From NCBI GenBank assembly GCA_002633005.1, contig NMRA01000054.1:562952-626951 (forward strand): 64,000 nt of DNA, written 5' to 3'. Both the position numbers and the translations under genes were made by a program. The notes beneath the pieces were generated by a model that saw only the letters and a program-made list of their open reading frames with translations, was not told where the DNA came from and did not search any database. This DNA is from Phoronis australis (lineage: Eukaryota; Animalia; Phoronida). Below, one piece after another: positions 1 through 11,414 of the stretch (position 1 is the stretch's first letter; each line of letters starts with the position of its first letter).

Positions 1-88
1 AACAATAAGCCAAGATTGTTTAGATCCTGTTGACATCCAGTAAATGAAAGCACTATGATTACGTCAGCTGTTAGTGTAGTGGGAACCC

Positions 89-1529
89 GGGTGAGAATTT
101 TACATGTTTGACACGCTCTTGAGCATGTCAAACGTGTAAAAAGCGTGTCAAATGTGTAAAATTTTACACGCTAGCGAGTCAAATGTGTAATAATGTGCCA
201 TGCCAGCGTATCAAATGTGTAAACTGGGACACGATAGCACGTCAAATGTGTAAAATGTGACATGCTAGTGTGTCAAACATGTAAAATTTTACACGCTAGT
301 GTGTCAAACGTGTAAAATATGATAGAACTCTTCAATAAAGATACAATTTAAATAGTCTTGGCAGTTCTGAAAAGACCGCTAGGAGCTAATCACCCAATTT
401 GAATGACTAAACATGTCCCCTTAATAACATCAAAGAATTTGCAACAAAAGATTTCACTGCCTTAGTTTTCAAATGTCCAAATACTGAGTTCAAGTTGGTT
501 TAGCTGTCAGAGAGTGCAGTTGTGTCAGGAGAGCACTTATGAAGCATGGTTATTCGAGTGTGATGCAGCTCTAACAGAAGTTTGGTATGTATATACTGTG
601 GTTGACAGTGGCTTGATAAACTTTTCTTGCGAATGGTCCTTCTGTTAAACATGTAAGTTCGATTGAAACAGAAAACAAGAGTCAGTAGAAACTGATGACT
701 ATGCAGGTAATATATGAAGTTGGAACGCCTCTCATCTTCAGTAGTATATCAATTCATAATTGTTGTTATAGGATCAACTCACATTTTGTGTCAGCTTGAA
801 TGAGGATACGATATTGTGTGTAGAGGTTTGGGCTGCAAATTTAAACTCGATGTTATGACAAATGTTGAATCGCTCTTGGTAATTCAAAAATGTTACACTA
901 GTGCATCTTTTCTTTACTTCATAAACTGTCTTCAAGCAACTGGCATGACTCTAAAGCTAACTTATATACATATATATAGCAGCTTAAGCACTTCGAACTT
1001 GTATGCTGAACCATTTTCATATTTCTGTGTTAATGTTATTTTAGATGTAATGAAATTTAGTGATAACAATCTGTGGTAAGAATTGGATAGTTACATTATC
1101 CTTTTAAAGATTTTATATCATCATCACATTTTGGATTATTTACATTTCACAATAAACACTGACTTAATTAAAGAAAAAATCCATTTATACATTTGCTTTC
1201 AGTATGGATTCCCAATGGTACGTGCTGCAATAAACAAGAACATTATGGCTTGTCCACGGCCTCAGGCTAAATGTGGGGTCGCTACCATAGCAATGACACA
1301 GATTACAGACCAGAATGGCAAAAGTGCCACCTTTGACACACTAGTGTGGCACAATTAAGCACTACGTTTGACAGGCTAGCGTGGCAAAAGCGCCACCTTT
1401 GACACGCTAAACGTGTCAAACGTGGAGTATTGGAATGAAAATTACATGCTTTTGCCACGTTTTACACGTTTGACACGCTATTCCAATACTTCTCGTTTTC
1501 AGAGTGTGTCAAACGTGTAAATTCTCACC
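89..1529. mobile_element. Non-autonomous TIR DNA transposon (MITE, possibly CMC/EnSpm-like) with subterminal tandem repeats
   Basis: Left end GGTGAGAATTTTACATGTTTGACACGCTCT (~90-119) is the near-perfect reverse complement of AGAGTGTGTCAAACGTGTAAATTCTCACC (1501-1529). GTGTCAAA(C/T)GTGTAAA units recur at 126-320 and in inverted form at 1330-1500. No clean TSD. Confidence 0.8.
126..320 (+). repeat. ~31-bp tandem subterminal repeat, about 6 copies
   Basis: Unit approximates GTGTCAAATGTGTAAAATTTTACACGCTAGC, repeated with variation. Confidence 0.85.
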
Positions 1530-1554
1530 AGACTTTGTTTCTCTGCAGCTCTTT

Positions 1555-2997
1555 CACGGGTGAGAAACAACATGACCACTGGTCCTCGTAAACCGGACTG
1601 ACTCACCCAAAACAGGACATCCGGGAATCAAATGGGACTGTCCCACCAGAAAATGGGACTGACGCACCTAAAAACATGACCGCCCCACCAAAAAACAGGA
1701 CCGCCGTTGACTGAACATGACTGCCGGGGATTGAAAGCGTAGTCACAAACAAGTTAAGATTTATTACCGGTAGGCCTACACAGATCATACAATGGAGCTA
1801 TATACATACTATGCATATGCAGGTCTCGTGCCGATTACTCCAACGAAATCTTTTGTGCGCTACAGGACACTTCGCTTTGTAACACGCGGCCCTTTTGATT
1901 TTAACCACAAACCAACCACGTTGCACGCTTTTGAGCTAAATAATTATAACTTTATCCACTGCGTAAGTTTTAGAACAAAATAAAAATCGTTTTCACCAAT
2001 TTGACGTTTTAGTCAAGAAAAAAAAAAACAGCGTTCTGGTTCTCGGTTGAAGCATCATAACTAGCCTTTGTGCGGCAAAGCAGTATACTAAATATACAGC
2101 TTGGCACCGATGTGGGTAAAACACTGAACATATAAAATCTTCACCGAATTAGTGTTATTAACGACATTCTTCCTTGAGTAAACTAAATTATTTATCGGCG
2201 CTCAGCCTGGAAAAATTGTCGTTCTGTCGTTATTCTGCTGCTAAAATTGAGATGCGTTCTTTTAGGTCGGCTAACATTGACCAGTTCCTTAATTTTTTTC
2301 ACCGTTCAGTTAGCTCTTCTTCTCTTCTACGAGGTTCCGTACATGGCACAACAAATTATCGGAACTGGTTTCATTTCGTCATAAGTTTTTAGTATTTTAA
2401 TACCAGCAAATCGAATTTCAGAACAAATCGTGCTGCTGCGAAGTTGAGTCATCATCTTCCGAAAGATGTCGCAAAATTTTAGGACATGTCGCGTGATCAT
2501 ATCACGAGCTCGACAGACTTTTTTGTTACATTAGGAAAACAAATGACGTTCATTAGATTGTTTTTCACTCAAGCGGCTGCAACCTGCAAGGTGAGTGTCG
2601 ATTGTCTCCTAGATTTTGCATGCGCCTGCTCCGCTCGCTAGCTCTACATGTTGATATAAGTTTCACCAAGAGGTGACGAGCAGAACTATACCCGGGCTGT
2701 GGGAAATTTCGGGGATGTAACGGAGCTCAATAACGCAGTGGCGAGTCTTTACACAGCTAGCTGACCGGTTACGTAATCACAAGCAGTATCATACAAAGAC
2801 ATTAATAACTACATATTGTCCGGCGGTTATGTTCAGTCCCCCGGGCCGGCGGTCCTGCTTTCTGGTGGGGCAGTCATGTTTTTAGGTGCGTTAGTCCCAT
2901 TTTCTGGTGCGACGGTCCCATTTGATCCCCGGAGGTCCTGTTTTGGGTGAGTCAGTCCGATTTAGAGGACCGGCGGTCATGTTGTTTCTCACCTGTG
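1555..2997. mobile_element. Non-autonomous TIR DNA transposon with ~170-bp TIRs and CAC...GTG ends
   Basis: CACGGGTGAGAAACAACATGACC... (from 1555) is inverted against ...GGTCATGTTGTTTCTCACCTGTG (to 2997). The arms 1555-1729 and 2818-2997 match closely. TCTTT flanks both sides (1550-1554, 2998-3002). Confidence 0.9.
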
Positions 2998-3062
2998 TCT
3001 TTTCAAAAGGAACATACATACTAGCTAATTTAGTTCCTCCATGATAGCAAGTAGCAGCTTAT

Positions 3063-3950
3063 ATTAATAAAAACAACCATAGTTTTAAATCGACTTGTCA
3101 TGTTTCGGTATCATATATTCAAACACCATCATCAGAAGAGAGAACATCATGGCCACCTAGCTAGGCCCAGCAACAGGTAATGAAGCGCAGATACAGTCAG
3201 TTACAGGACGGAGTGACCAACCGTGACAACCGTGGTGTGCCAGTTGCCTACTTGGGCTTGCACCAATATGTAGAGCCTCAGGAATCTTAAGCTTCTTTGT
3301 TGTTTCTGCCTATGGTCTATTATTGCAAAGTCCTTGAAAGAGCACTGCTGATAACCGTCCAATGATTGGAGCTCTGTAGATGAATATTTACATGTGAACT
3401 TCTGTCACAATTTAGATGTTCCCTGGCACTGGTTTTCAAATGGCGAAAAGTTTCGCCTATAACTGGAGCCACATCCAACCAGATAAATTTGTACACTATC
3501 CTGGACTATAGACAAATAGGAATTTTGTGTTTAGGATTAAATAAATTCTAGTTTTAGAGTCTTGAATGTTAATACAACTTTTAAGTTATGGCAGTAATCA
3601 TTCACCAATTTGTTGAGTTTTTCATTGAGCAATCTTGGCATAGAACCCAACATATTAGGGTACCTTAAAGTACTTGTAGTTAGTTTTGTCTACAGGATGA
3701 ATATCATCAGGGTTACGTTGGAGTCTTTAGTGCTTTCAGAACCCTATTGACTAATTCTAGGGGATAACCATTCTCATGCAAATTCATTGTAAGTTCTTAG
3801 AATCAAATCCAGCCCAAGTGTTGTTAATGCAATATACCCTGTCTATTAGAGTTTTAAAGAGACCTACTTTATAAACAATTAGGATGTGAAGCTATGAAAA
3901 CAAGTGACTGCGTACAATCCACTCAGGTCTTATGAAATACTCAGGTGATA
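3063..3950 (-). mobile_element. Penelope-like retroelement 3' fragment (RT C-terminal linker, GIY-YIG endonuclease relic, 3' hammerhead)
   Basis: Minus-strand fragments translate as YKVGLFKTLIDRVYCINNTWAGFD...NGYP. The 3063-3670 part is the reverse complement of the GIY-YIG-bearing copies at 4.9-5.5 kb and 6.0-6.6 kb. Confidence 0.85.
3097..3135 (-). ncRNA. Minimal type I hammerhead ribozyme, cleavage triplet mutated (GAC)
   Basis: Minus strand reads CTGATGA-TGGTGTTTGAATATATGATACC-GAAA-CATGAC. The paralogous copies have GTC at the end. Confidence 0.65.
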
Positions 3951-3987
3951 TTGTGAAAAAACTTAAGGAAATTCTCATCCGGAAAGC

Positions 3988-4470
3988 CAGTGAGAATCTC
4001 ACTGGATTCCAGTTAGATTCCAGTGAGAATCTAACTAATTAAGATGCCATTTAAATTAGTGAGAAAAAACTCTCACTCTAGTGAGAATACAGTGATATTC
4101 TAATTAGAATTCAATGAGAATCCATAGCATTCCCACTCAGTGAGAATTTGTCTTACTGAAATTCTCACTGAGTGAAAATCTCACTGGGTGAGAATTTTGA
4201 TCGAAGATTAGAGCAATTATGGAAAAAAAGAGCGCAGGTCCTCCAACCATAAATACCAGAATGGAGTTAATCAGTCGTGTAAGATATTGGCTACGGGGGG
4301 TAAACTTACCAACCGTCTTGTTGGGCTATAGAACCGAACAAGTTGGGAGCAACGGGATGTCGCCGTCATGAGTGAGAAACCAGTGAGAATTTTGGTCTTA
4401 GGAATTTTCAGAGTGAAATTCAGTGAGAATTTCAGACTTAGAAAATTTCTGAGTGAGAATTCAGTGAGAA
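3988..4470. repeat. Degenerate array of ~10-bp CAGTGAGAAT units in both orientations, interrupted by a dispersed module at 4196-4370
   Basis: Many CAGTGAGAAT and ATTCTCACTG copies, for example CCAGTGAGAATCTCACTGG. Probably subterminal repeats of a decayed MITE. Confidence 0.75.
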
Positions 4471-4837
4471 TTTAAGATAAACAAACACCCAGATTGGCAG
4501 TTCCTGTGGAAATTCAGTTGAACCAGATTTCTGAATTCAAACTAAAATGGCGCCAGGAATGAGCAGTTGGAGAAATAGCTTGAAGATTGTTGACGTTTTT
4601 CTCACAAATATTGTGAAATTACTGAACAGTTTGTCTGCAAGACAACCAGAGGGGATGGGTTAGTACCAGTATGAGACTGATGTCTGCATTCTGTGTTGAC
4701 AGCTGAGTTTTTAGTATTTTGCTGATTCATCAATGGCATTAAAATTGCAAGTTCAAGTCTGCTATACTTCACAATTTGCAACTAAATTGTACCTTTTGTC
4801 AAATTTCAAGATAAACTCACAAAATAAGCAGTGTTTT

Positions 4838-5593
4838 GGTTACCAGCAATGCTTTTAACTCTCATCCAATTCAGTCAGTGGTTATGAATGCACACACAAA
4901 ATTACTTTAAAGTACCCTATGTTGGGTTCTACGCCAAGATTGCTCAATGAAAAACTCAACAAATTGGTGAATGATTACTGTGTTAACTTAAGAGTTGTAT
5001 TAACATTCAAGTCTCTAAAACTGTATAATTTATTTAACCCCAAGGACAAAATTCCTATGGGTCTACGGTCCAGAGGGTAGTGTACAAATTTATCTGTGGC
5101 TCCACTTTATAGGCGAATTTTGTTCGCCATTTGAAAACCAAGGCCAGAGAACACCAAATTGTGACAGAAGTTCACAAGTAAATATTCATCTACAGAGCTC
5201 CAATCATTGTTATCAGCAGTGCTCTTTCAATGACTTTGCAATAATAGACCAGGCAGTAACAACAAAGGAGCTTAAAATTCGTGAGGCTCTACACATCAGT
5301 TGGTGCAAGCCCAATCTCAAAAGGCAACTGACACACCACAGGTTGTCATTGTTGGTCTAGTTCATTGTCACTCCCTGTAACTGACTGTATCTGCACTTCA
5401 TTACTTGTTGCTTATGGGCCTTAAGCTAGGTGGCCACTATATGTTCTCTGTTCTGATGATGGTGTTTGAATAAATGACACCGAAACATGTCAAGTCGATT
5501 TAAAACCGTGGTTGTTTTTATTAATAATTTAGTGGCCACGCTAGATAAAGTGCCAGCTGTTGGATGCTGGAAAGAGATGACAGTGACAACATG
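4838..5593 (+). mobile_element. Penelope-like 3' fragment (GIY-YIG relic plus hammerhead), copy 2
   Basis: Encodes VVYKFICGS.FIGE and CSFNDFAIIDQAVTTKELKIREALHISWCKPNLKRQL with frameshifts. Near-identical to 5903-6659. Confidence 0.85.
5453..5491 (+). ncRNA. Minimal type I hammerhead ribozyme
   Basis: CTGATGA core, stem II GGTGT...ACACC, GAAA, palindromic stem III ACATGT, cleavage triplet GTC. This matches the minimal hammerheads known from Penelope-like elements. Confidence 0.8.
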
Positions 5594-5752
5594 TCGTGAA
5601 CACATCCACTAAAACAAGAAACTGTAGGAACACCGCATTTATCCACCTTCACTCTTATCAGGCTTCTATTGTGAGTCAGCATGCGTGAATAATTGGCTGA
5701 TAAGCCACCTCTGGAACTACTTTGGGCTGAATGGATGACCAGGCCATANGAG

Positions 5753-5900
5753 CAGCTTGGCGGCATCCCTTTGATCGTGAGCCGAGCGCGACTCAGCCAA
5801 GGTGGATAAATACGGTCTAGTTCAATTTTCCATACCCCGCCGTTTACCTTAACCACTGGGGTTAGAACCAATCTTATTTAGTGGGAATGTTCATAGCATG
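5753..5900 (+). repeat. 148-bp dispersed repeat, near-identical to 9868-10015
   Basis: CAGCTTGGCGGCATCCC...GGGAATGTTCATAGCATG occurs at both loci with few substitutions. Confidence 0.9.
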
Positions 5901-5902
5901 GG

Positions 5903-6659
5903 GGTTACCAGCTAAGCTTTTAACTCTCATCCCATTCAGTCGGTGGTTATGAATGCACACACAAAATTACTTTAAAGTACCCTATGTTGGGTTCTACGCC
6001 AAGATTGCTCAATGAAAAACTCAACAAATTGGTGAATGATTACTGTGTTAACTTAAGAGTTGTATTAACATTCAAGTCTCTAAAACTGTAGAATTTATTT
6101 AACCCTAAGGACAAAATTCCTATGGGTCTACGGTCCAGGGTAGCGTACAAATTTATCTGTGGCTCCAGTTATATAGGCAAATTTTGTTCACCATTTGAAA
6201 ACCAGGGCCAGAGAACATCAAATTGTGACAGAAGTTTACAAGTAAATATTCATCTGCTGAGCTCCAATCATTGTTATCAGCAGTGCTCTTTCAATGACTT
6301 TGCAATAATAGACCAGGCAGGAACAACAAAGGAGCTTAAAATTCGTGAGGCTCTACACATCAGTTGGTGCAAGCCCAATCTCAAAAGGCAACTGGCACAC
6401 CACAGGTTGTCACTGTTGGTCTAGTTTATTATCACTCCCTGTAACTAACTGTATCTGCGCTTCATTACTTGTTGCATATAGGCCTTAATAGCTAGGTGGC
6501 CACCATATGTTCTCTGTTCTGATGATGGTGTTTGAATAAATGGCACCGAAACGTGTCAAGTCGATTTAAAACCGTGGTTGTTTTTACTAATAATTCAGTG
6601 GCCACGGTAGATAAAGTGGTAGCTGTTGGATGCTGGAAAGAGATGACAGTGACAATATG
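5903..6659 (+). mobile_element. Penelope-like 3' fragment (GIY-YIG relic plus hammerhead), copy 3
   Basis: ORF 6122-6424 reads VAYKFICGSSYIG...CSFNDFAIIDQAGTTKELKIREALHISWCKPNLKRQ, the GIY-YIG C-terminus typical of Penelope-like elements. Confidence 0.85.
6519..6557 (+). ncRNA. Minimal type I hammerhead ribozyme
   Basis: CTGATGA-TGGTGTTTGAATAAATGGCACC-GAAA-CGTGTC, with core and GTC site intact. Confidence 0.75.
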
Positions 6660-6744
6660 CATGTTGCACCGGCTAATGTTCATATGACACATAAAAACAT
6701 TTTCTCATTCCAAGTTTTATTTAACGAATTAAAGAATTACCTAC

Positions 6745-6939
6745 CACGACAAATTGGGCAGCACTCGTTAGGTAGATGGACCTGTTTGTCAAGCCTGCAA
6801 TCCAGTTTTGGACAGATTTCGGCAGCTTTTTTCCTTTGGCAGGGTTGTAATGTGCCGTCTTGACAGGAACATGTGACACATCGTCGAGGTATGTAGACAT
6901 CTCCATGTTCTATGTACTTGCCCCCATGTAAACAGCGTC
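6745..6939 (-). CDS. NELL: NELL-like exon: second VWC domain
   Basis: Acceptor catttcag and donor gtaggt; 195 bp, phase 1-1. Encodes RCLHGGKYIEHGDVYIPRRCVTCSCQDGTLQPCQRKKAAEICPKLDCRLDKQVHLPNECCPICR. Confidence 0.93.
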
Positions 6940-7284
6940 CTGAAATGGGCCAAAGACACGAAGATCTATAAGAAGAATAACAGAGTAACTGAAAACACTG
7001 GATTATCTTTAGAGATGTAACAGTTATAACATTGGGAAAAAATAATTCAAGGTTATTCCATTTTTGTGTGAGAAGATTTCAAAATTGGACTTTTTTGATT
7101 TTATAATGAGAAACTCAAAACGAATGCCGAATAATACTAACTGCAACAGCATCTTGAACATTAAAGTTCAATGAAATTGGCCATGTATTTATTCAATTGT
7201 TTCTTTGAGAATGGATCTTACTTTTTTGCTATGTCTTACTTAAACATGGACACATGACTCATTTAATAACACTCAGGTAAAGTT

Positions 7285-8515
7285 AACAAGAGCTATGCGC
7301 CGGTGACTGTACTCCAAATGTTATGCTCCGAGTTTAAAGGATGTTTATTGCTATCTGTAGTGTGTAGGTAGTAACGCAGCGATTTGGTATAACACATATG
7401 GTATATTGCTTGCTGAAGAAACAGTAACTACAAAAAATATAGGAATAATAGTAAATAGATCTACACACTATGGAGTCCTCTGACTGGAGAGTCTAGATGA
7501 GTCAAATAAACAATCTGAGACATCTGGCTTTAATGGTGTGTGGTCGGCACACCAGTATCACAAAATGGGCACTAGATGAGAAACAAAAGAATTAACTTGA
7601 ATCTATCTGAAATGGACGCGTGTCATCGTTTTCTCCTCAACAGAAACCTAGTGACTCTTTGAATTTCAAGAAAATCTGACAAACAGCACAAAGTTGCAAC
7701 TAGAAGAAAAAGTCATAACTTATTGCCATGTTTTCATTATCATTCTCCAGCAGTTCAGTGGATAGAAAAACGAACACGAATAGAATAAAAATGACCACTA
7801 GGTGGTGCAGAATATGTCAAATTCGGCCCCGTAATTGGGAAAAATAAAATAAAAAATAGGCACGTGGTCTTTGCCCAGTTGCATGAAACAGTCCCAAATA
7901 GGGACTCAGCTTACTTCCCTAAATCTTATACATATTTGTTTCGTTCTATACTGACAGGTGTAGTATTTTTTCAATCATTTTTCTTGATTATGAGCTCTTT
8001 TTTGACTACTGGCATTTTCTAATAATATAGCTAAAAACTGAAACCTTAATTAAGTCAAACTAATTGGGGACTTAGTCCTTAAACAATGGACATTATATGA
8101 AAATATCCCTACCTATTTCCAATAATATCGAGAATTCAACGTAGACTTGATTATCGATTTGTATCAAAGCCAAACATTGTACCAGGTGTGCTTAGCCCAC
8201 TGCACTAATCAACTCATTAAGATTCAAGGGATTCCTCAGCATGAGGTTCCTCGTGACAGCTAGTCTTCTAATTTTCCCATTTTTTCAGGAAATTAGAAAG
8301 ACTAGTTAATTGTATCTACACCTGACAATGTCCAACATGCAAGTTAGCAAAGTGAAAAACAATCTAGTAAACGCCATTTTCTTGCATAATCCTCCGCCTT
8401 TTGTAACAAAAAAGTCTGTCGTCGATGACCCGCACACGCACGCTCACTCACTCTCATACGCAGACGAACTTCAAAACAAACGTCACGTGACAACAACATG
8501 TGTGTTCATCCAGAG
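7285..8515 (+). mobile_element. Degenerate Helentron-associated (HINE-like) element
   Basis: Starts AACAAGAGC like the 53-kb element. Contains ACCACTAGGTGGTGC (7794-7808) and a CACG/CACT microsatellite-like stretch near 8430-8465. Boundaries are approximate. Confidence 0.45.
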
Positions 8516-9867
8516 ATTTTTCTCGTGTTGTGGGGTACGATGTAGCGCAGATTTGGACTTAATTGCAATTAATCTGGACTCCACATGAACTTTAAAAATT
8601 GTAAAATATAAGGAAGATTTCAGGTAATTTGTTGAGTCGAAACTATATTTTTATTCAAGAGTTCAAGTTTTCCTATTGACGATCGCGATTCAGTGACGCA
8701 TCAGTCAGCAAGTTTTCGCCCTGTGATGAGCACAATTTTTTGAAAAATTATTGTAATTTAACAACGGAAGTTGATAGCAATGCACCACAATTTTGTAGAA
8801 AGGCTGTCATAGGCTACAANNNNNNNNNNNNNNNNNNNNNNNNNNNNNNNNNNNNNNNNNNNNNNNNNNNNNNNNNNNNNNNNNNNNNNNNNNNNNNNNN
8901 NNNNNNNNNNNNNNNNNNNNNNNNNNNNNNNNNNNNNNNNNNNNNNNNNNNNNNNNNNNNNNNNNNNNNNNNNNNNNNNNNNNNNNNNNNNNNNNNNNNN
9001 NNNNNNNNNNNNNNNNNNNNNNNNNNNNNNNNNNNNNNNNNNNNNNNNNNNNNNNNNNNNNNNNNNNNNNNNNNNNNNNNNNNNNNNNNNNNNNNNNNNN
9101 NNNNNNNNNNNNNNNNNNNNNNNNNNNNNNNNNNNNNNNNNNNNNNNNNNNNNNNNNNNNNNNNNNNNNNNNNNNNNNNNNNNNNNNNNNCGTTAGCTCT
9201 GCCGTGGAGTATTAATAGTCCAAGGCTCGATCTACATGTTGGGGACGAGGTGAACTACCCGGGCTGTGTGAAATTTCTGGGTCTAACGGAGACACTGACG
9301 CAGTGGTCAGCCAGCTCGCTGTATCAAGACTATAGTCAAAATCCAAATTCGTTTTATCGTGTCCCTGTCAATAATAACGGCATGCTAAAGCCTTCTTAAT
9401 TTTCGTACTTCAGGAACATAACAATCACGTGTTTTGTACACTATACGCGCACGCCGCAGATCACATCTCGGAAATTGCCGATTTGACGGATGACAATGTA
9501 TGAACACAATGAAATTAACAACGTCGTTTTACAGCTTGTAAGATTCATAATAAACGTACGTATTTTGAATATTGCAATGCATGTGTTCCAAAATCTAAAT
9601 AACTTGGTTCCTATATTTTTGTATTAGTGCGCGCCGAATGAAAGTAATCGTGAGTGCTGCTGTGTTGCAAAATCTCTTATCCTGGGCCGATTTGAAAAAT
9701 TCAAAGTTGTACTCATATTTGTTTTCGCTCCTCTTTTTAAATATTACAGTAAAAACTACGTAAAACTCTCTCCATAAAAAGTACAGTCTGCTAGCTAGAT
9801 TGTAATCAGCTGATCATATCCGCATGAGCGAAGCCAATTATCCTCGCTCGTGACTCGATGACTAGAT

Positions 9868-10015
9868 CAGCTTGGCGGCATCCCTTTGATCGTGAGCCGA
9901 GTGCGACTCAGCCAAGGTGGATAAATACGGTCTACTTCAATTTTCCATACCCCACCGTTTACCTTAACCACTGGGGTTAGGACCAATCTTATTTAGTGGG
10001 AATGTTCATAGCATG
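9868..10015 (+). repeat. 148-bp dispersed repeat, copy of 5753-5900
   Basis: Direct sequence match. Confidence 0.9.
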
Positions 10016-10063
10016 CAACCTTTTTTTCTGTTAGCATGTAACATCTAAGGTAAATTAACTCAC

Positions 10064-10157
10064 TTTTGCAGACAGGGCAACATTCGCCAGGTATATTTAC
10101 TGGATATTTGCATCGGGGCACAGGGCATGTTGTTTTGGTGCAGTTCACAATACCATG
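10064..10157 (-). CDS. NELL: NELL-like exon: C-terminal half of first VWC domain
   Basis: Acceptor tttgcag and donor gtgagt; 94 bp, phase 0-1. Encodes HGIVNCTKTTCPVPRCKYPVNIPGECCPVCK. Confidence 0.93.
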
Positions 10158-11282
10158 CTGCAAATATCGTAAGTCATTGATTTCTATCTGAGCATGAATG
10201 GCAAAGTAACAGTAAACATGTCACAGTGCTACAGTAGTTGTAAAATAACTCGATAATGTATATTCATAAATCAAAAATCAAAACCAAATCCTTTTCAATT
10301 GTAAACGCTTCCTAATTGTAATGGTTCCTATTGATGTGCACTGAGATATAAGTCCCAGAAATTTTCCAATAAAGTAATGACAATCTTGCAAAATGTATCC
10401 CTGGTTGTGAAATTAGATTTGACTTTACTGCAAACAATTTCTGAATACACAATGCCAGCTAAAAATTGAATCCAAAATTCTGGACTTATACATTCAATTT
10501 ATAATGTTAACGTCATGTAGAGCTACCTTCTATCTATTCAAACATCTTACGCTTCTGCTCTTCATTGTGTTTGGGCACAGAATTAAGAGATAAATTTTTA
10601 AAACAAATTTCCAATTGCAAGTAGAGAAGGTTCATTATTTTCCGCTTGTTTGCCAGTCTTCGCAGAAATTCATAATAGGTAGGTTGGCACTCAGGGCCAG
10701 ACTGAGGTCAATAGATGTGATGCTGGTCAAGTTTCCAGGCCAAAGTAGTTTTCGCTCAAAATTTGAATAAACTAAAGATAAAATGTTACATTGAACAGTT
10801 GCAGTACTAAGTGAACTATCAAACTGGCAGCGAATAATATTTACCATGTACTGTTATAGTTCCTAAAACTGTTTTGGTTTTGTGATGTAGTAACATCATT
10901 TCGAAAACCTGTTTTTGTGGAAATAGACAAAAATTGATACAAATAGACCAACAAATTTTAGAAATGATGTTACATGTACTGTTGATCCTTCACGCATTAT
11001 TATTTATGCATTCTACAACATTGACATTTTGTGGCAAATATGAATGAATTTATGAATGAATGTATTTATTATAGTGACATGTGTTAAACAATTTTTAAGC
11101 AATTTTTACAATATTTGAAAAACACCCAACTCATTAGACTACATTAGAGGACATGTTTTGGCTAAAGTTGTCATTTCTCAAAGTCTCTAGGTAGTTTCAT
11201 TCAGTTGCTAAGACGGAGTTAGCCATTCTGTGAATGAAATACTGGTATATAAGTAGGTGTATCAGGGTCTAAAGAAACATAC

Positions 11283-11414
11283 CCAGCATTGACAGTAAGT
11301 ACACGGGTCCTTACTCCAGGCCTCTCCACTTTTGATTTTGGCTCCATCCACTGAGCACATCCTTATACACTCACACATTTCTAGCTCCACAAGCCTCCCT
11401 TGCGCTCTAGATAA
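11283..11414 (-). CDS. NELL: NELL-like exon: end of coiled coil and start of first VWC domain
   Basis: Acceptor ctttaag and donor gtatgt; 132 bp, phase 0-0. Encodes LSRAQGRLVELEMCECIRMCSVDGAKIKSGEAWSKDPCTYCQCW. Confidence 0.92.

Noticed and set aside
126-320. Repeat-spacer-like pattern at ~31-bp period
   Set aside because: The variable parts are homologous to each other and the array is mirrored at the other end of a TIR element.
6721-6906. Minus-strand 61-aa ORF MEMSTYLDD...
   Set aside because: Wrong frame. The VWC-encoding frame with matching splice phases explains the region.
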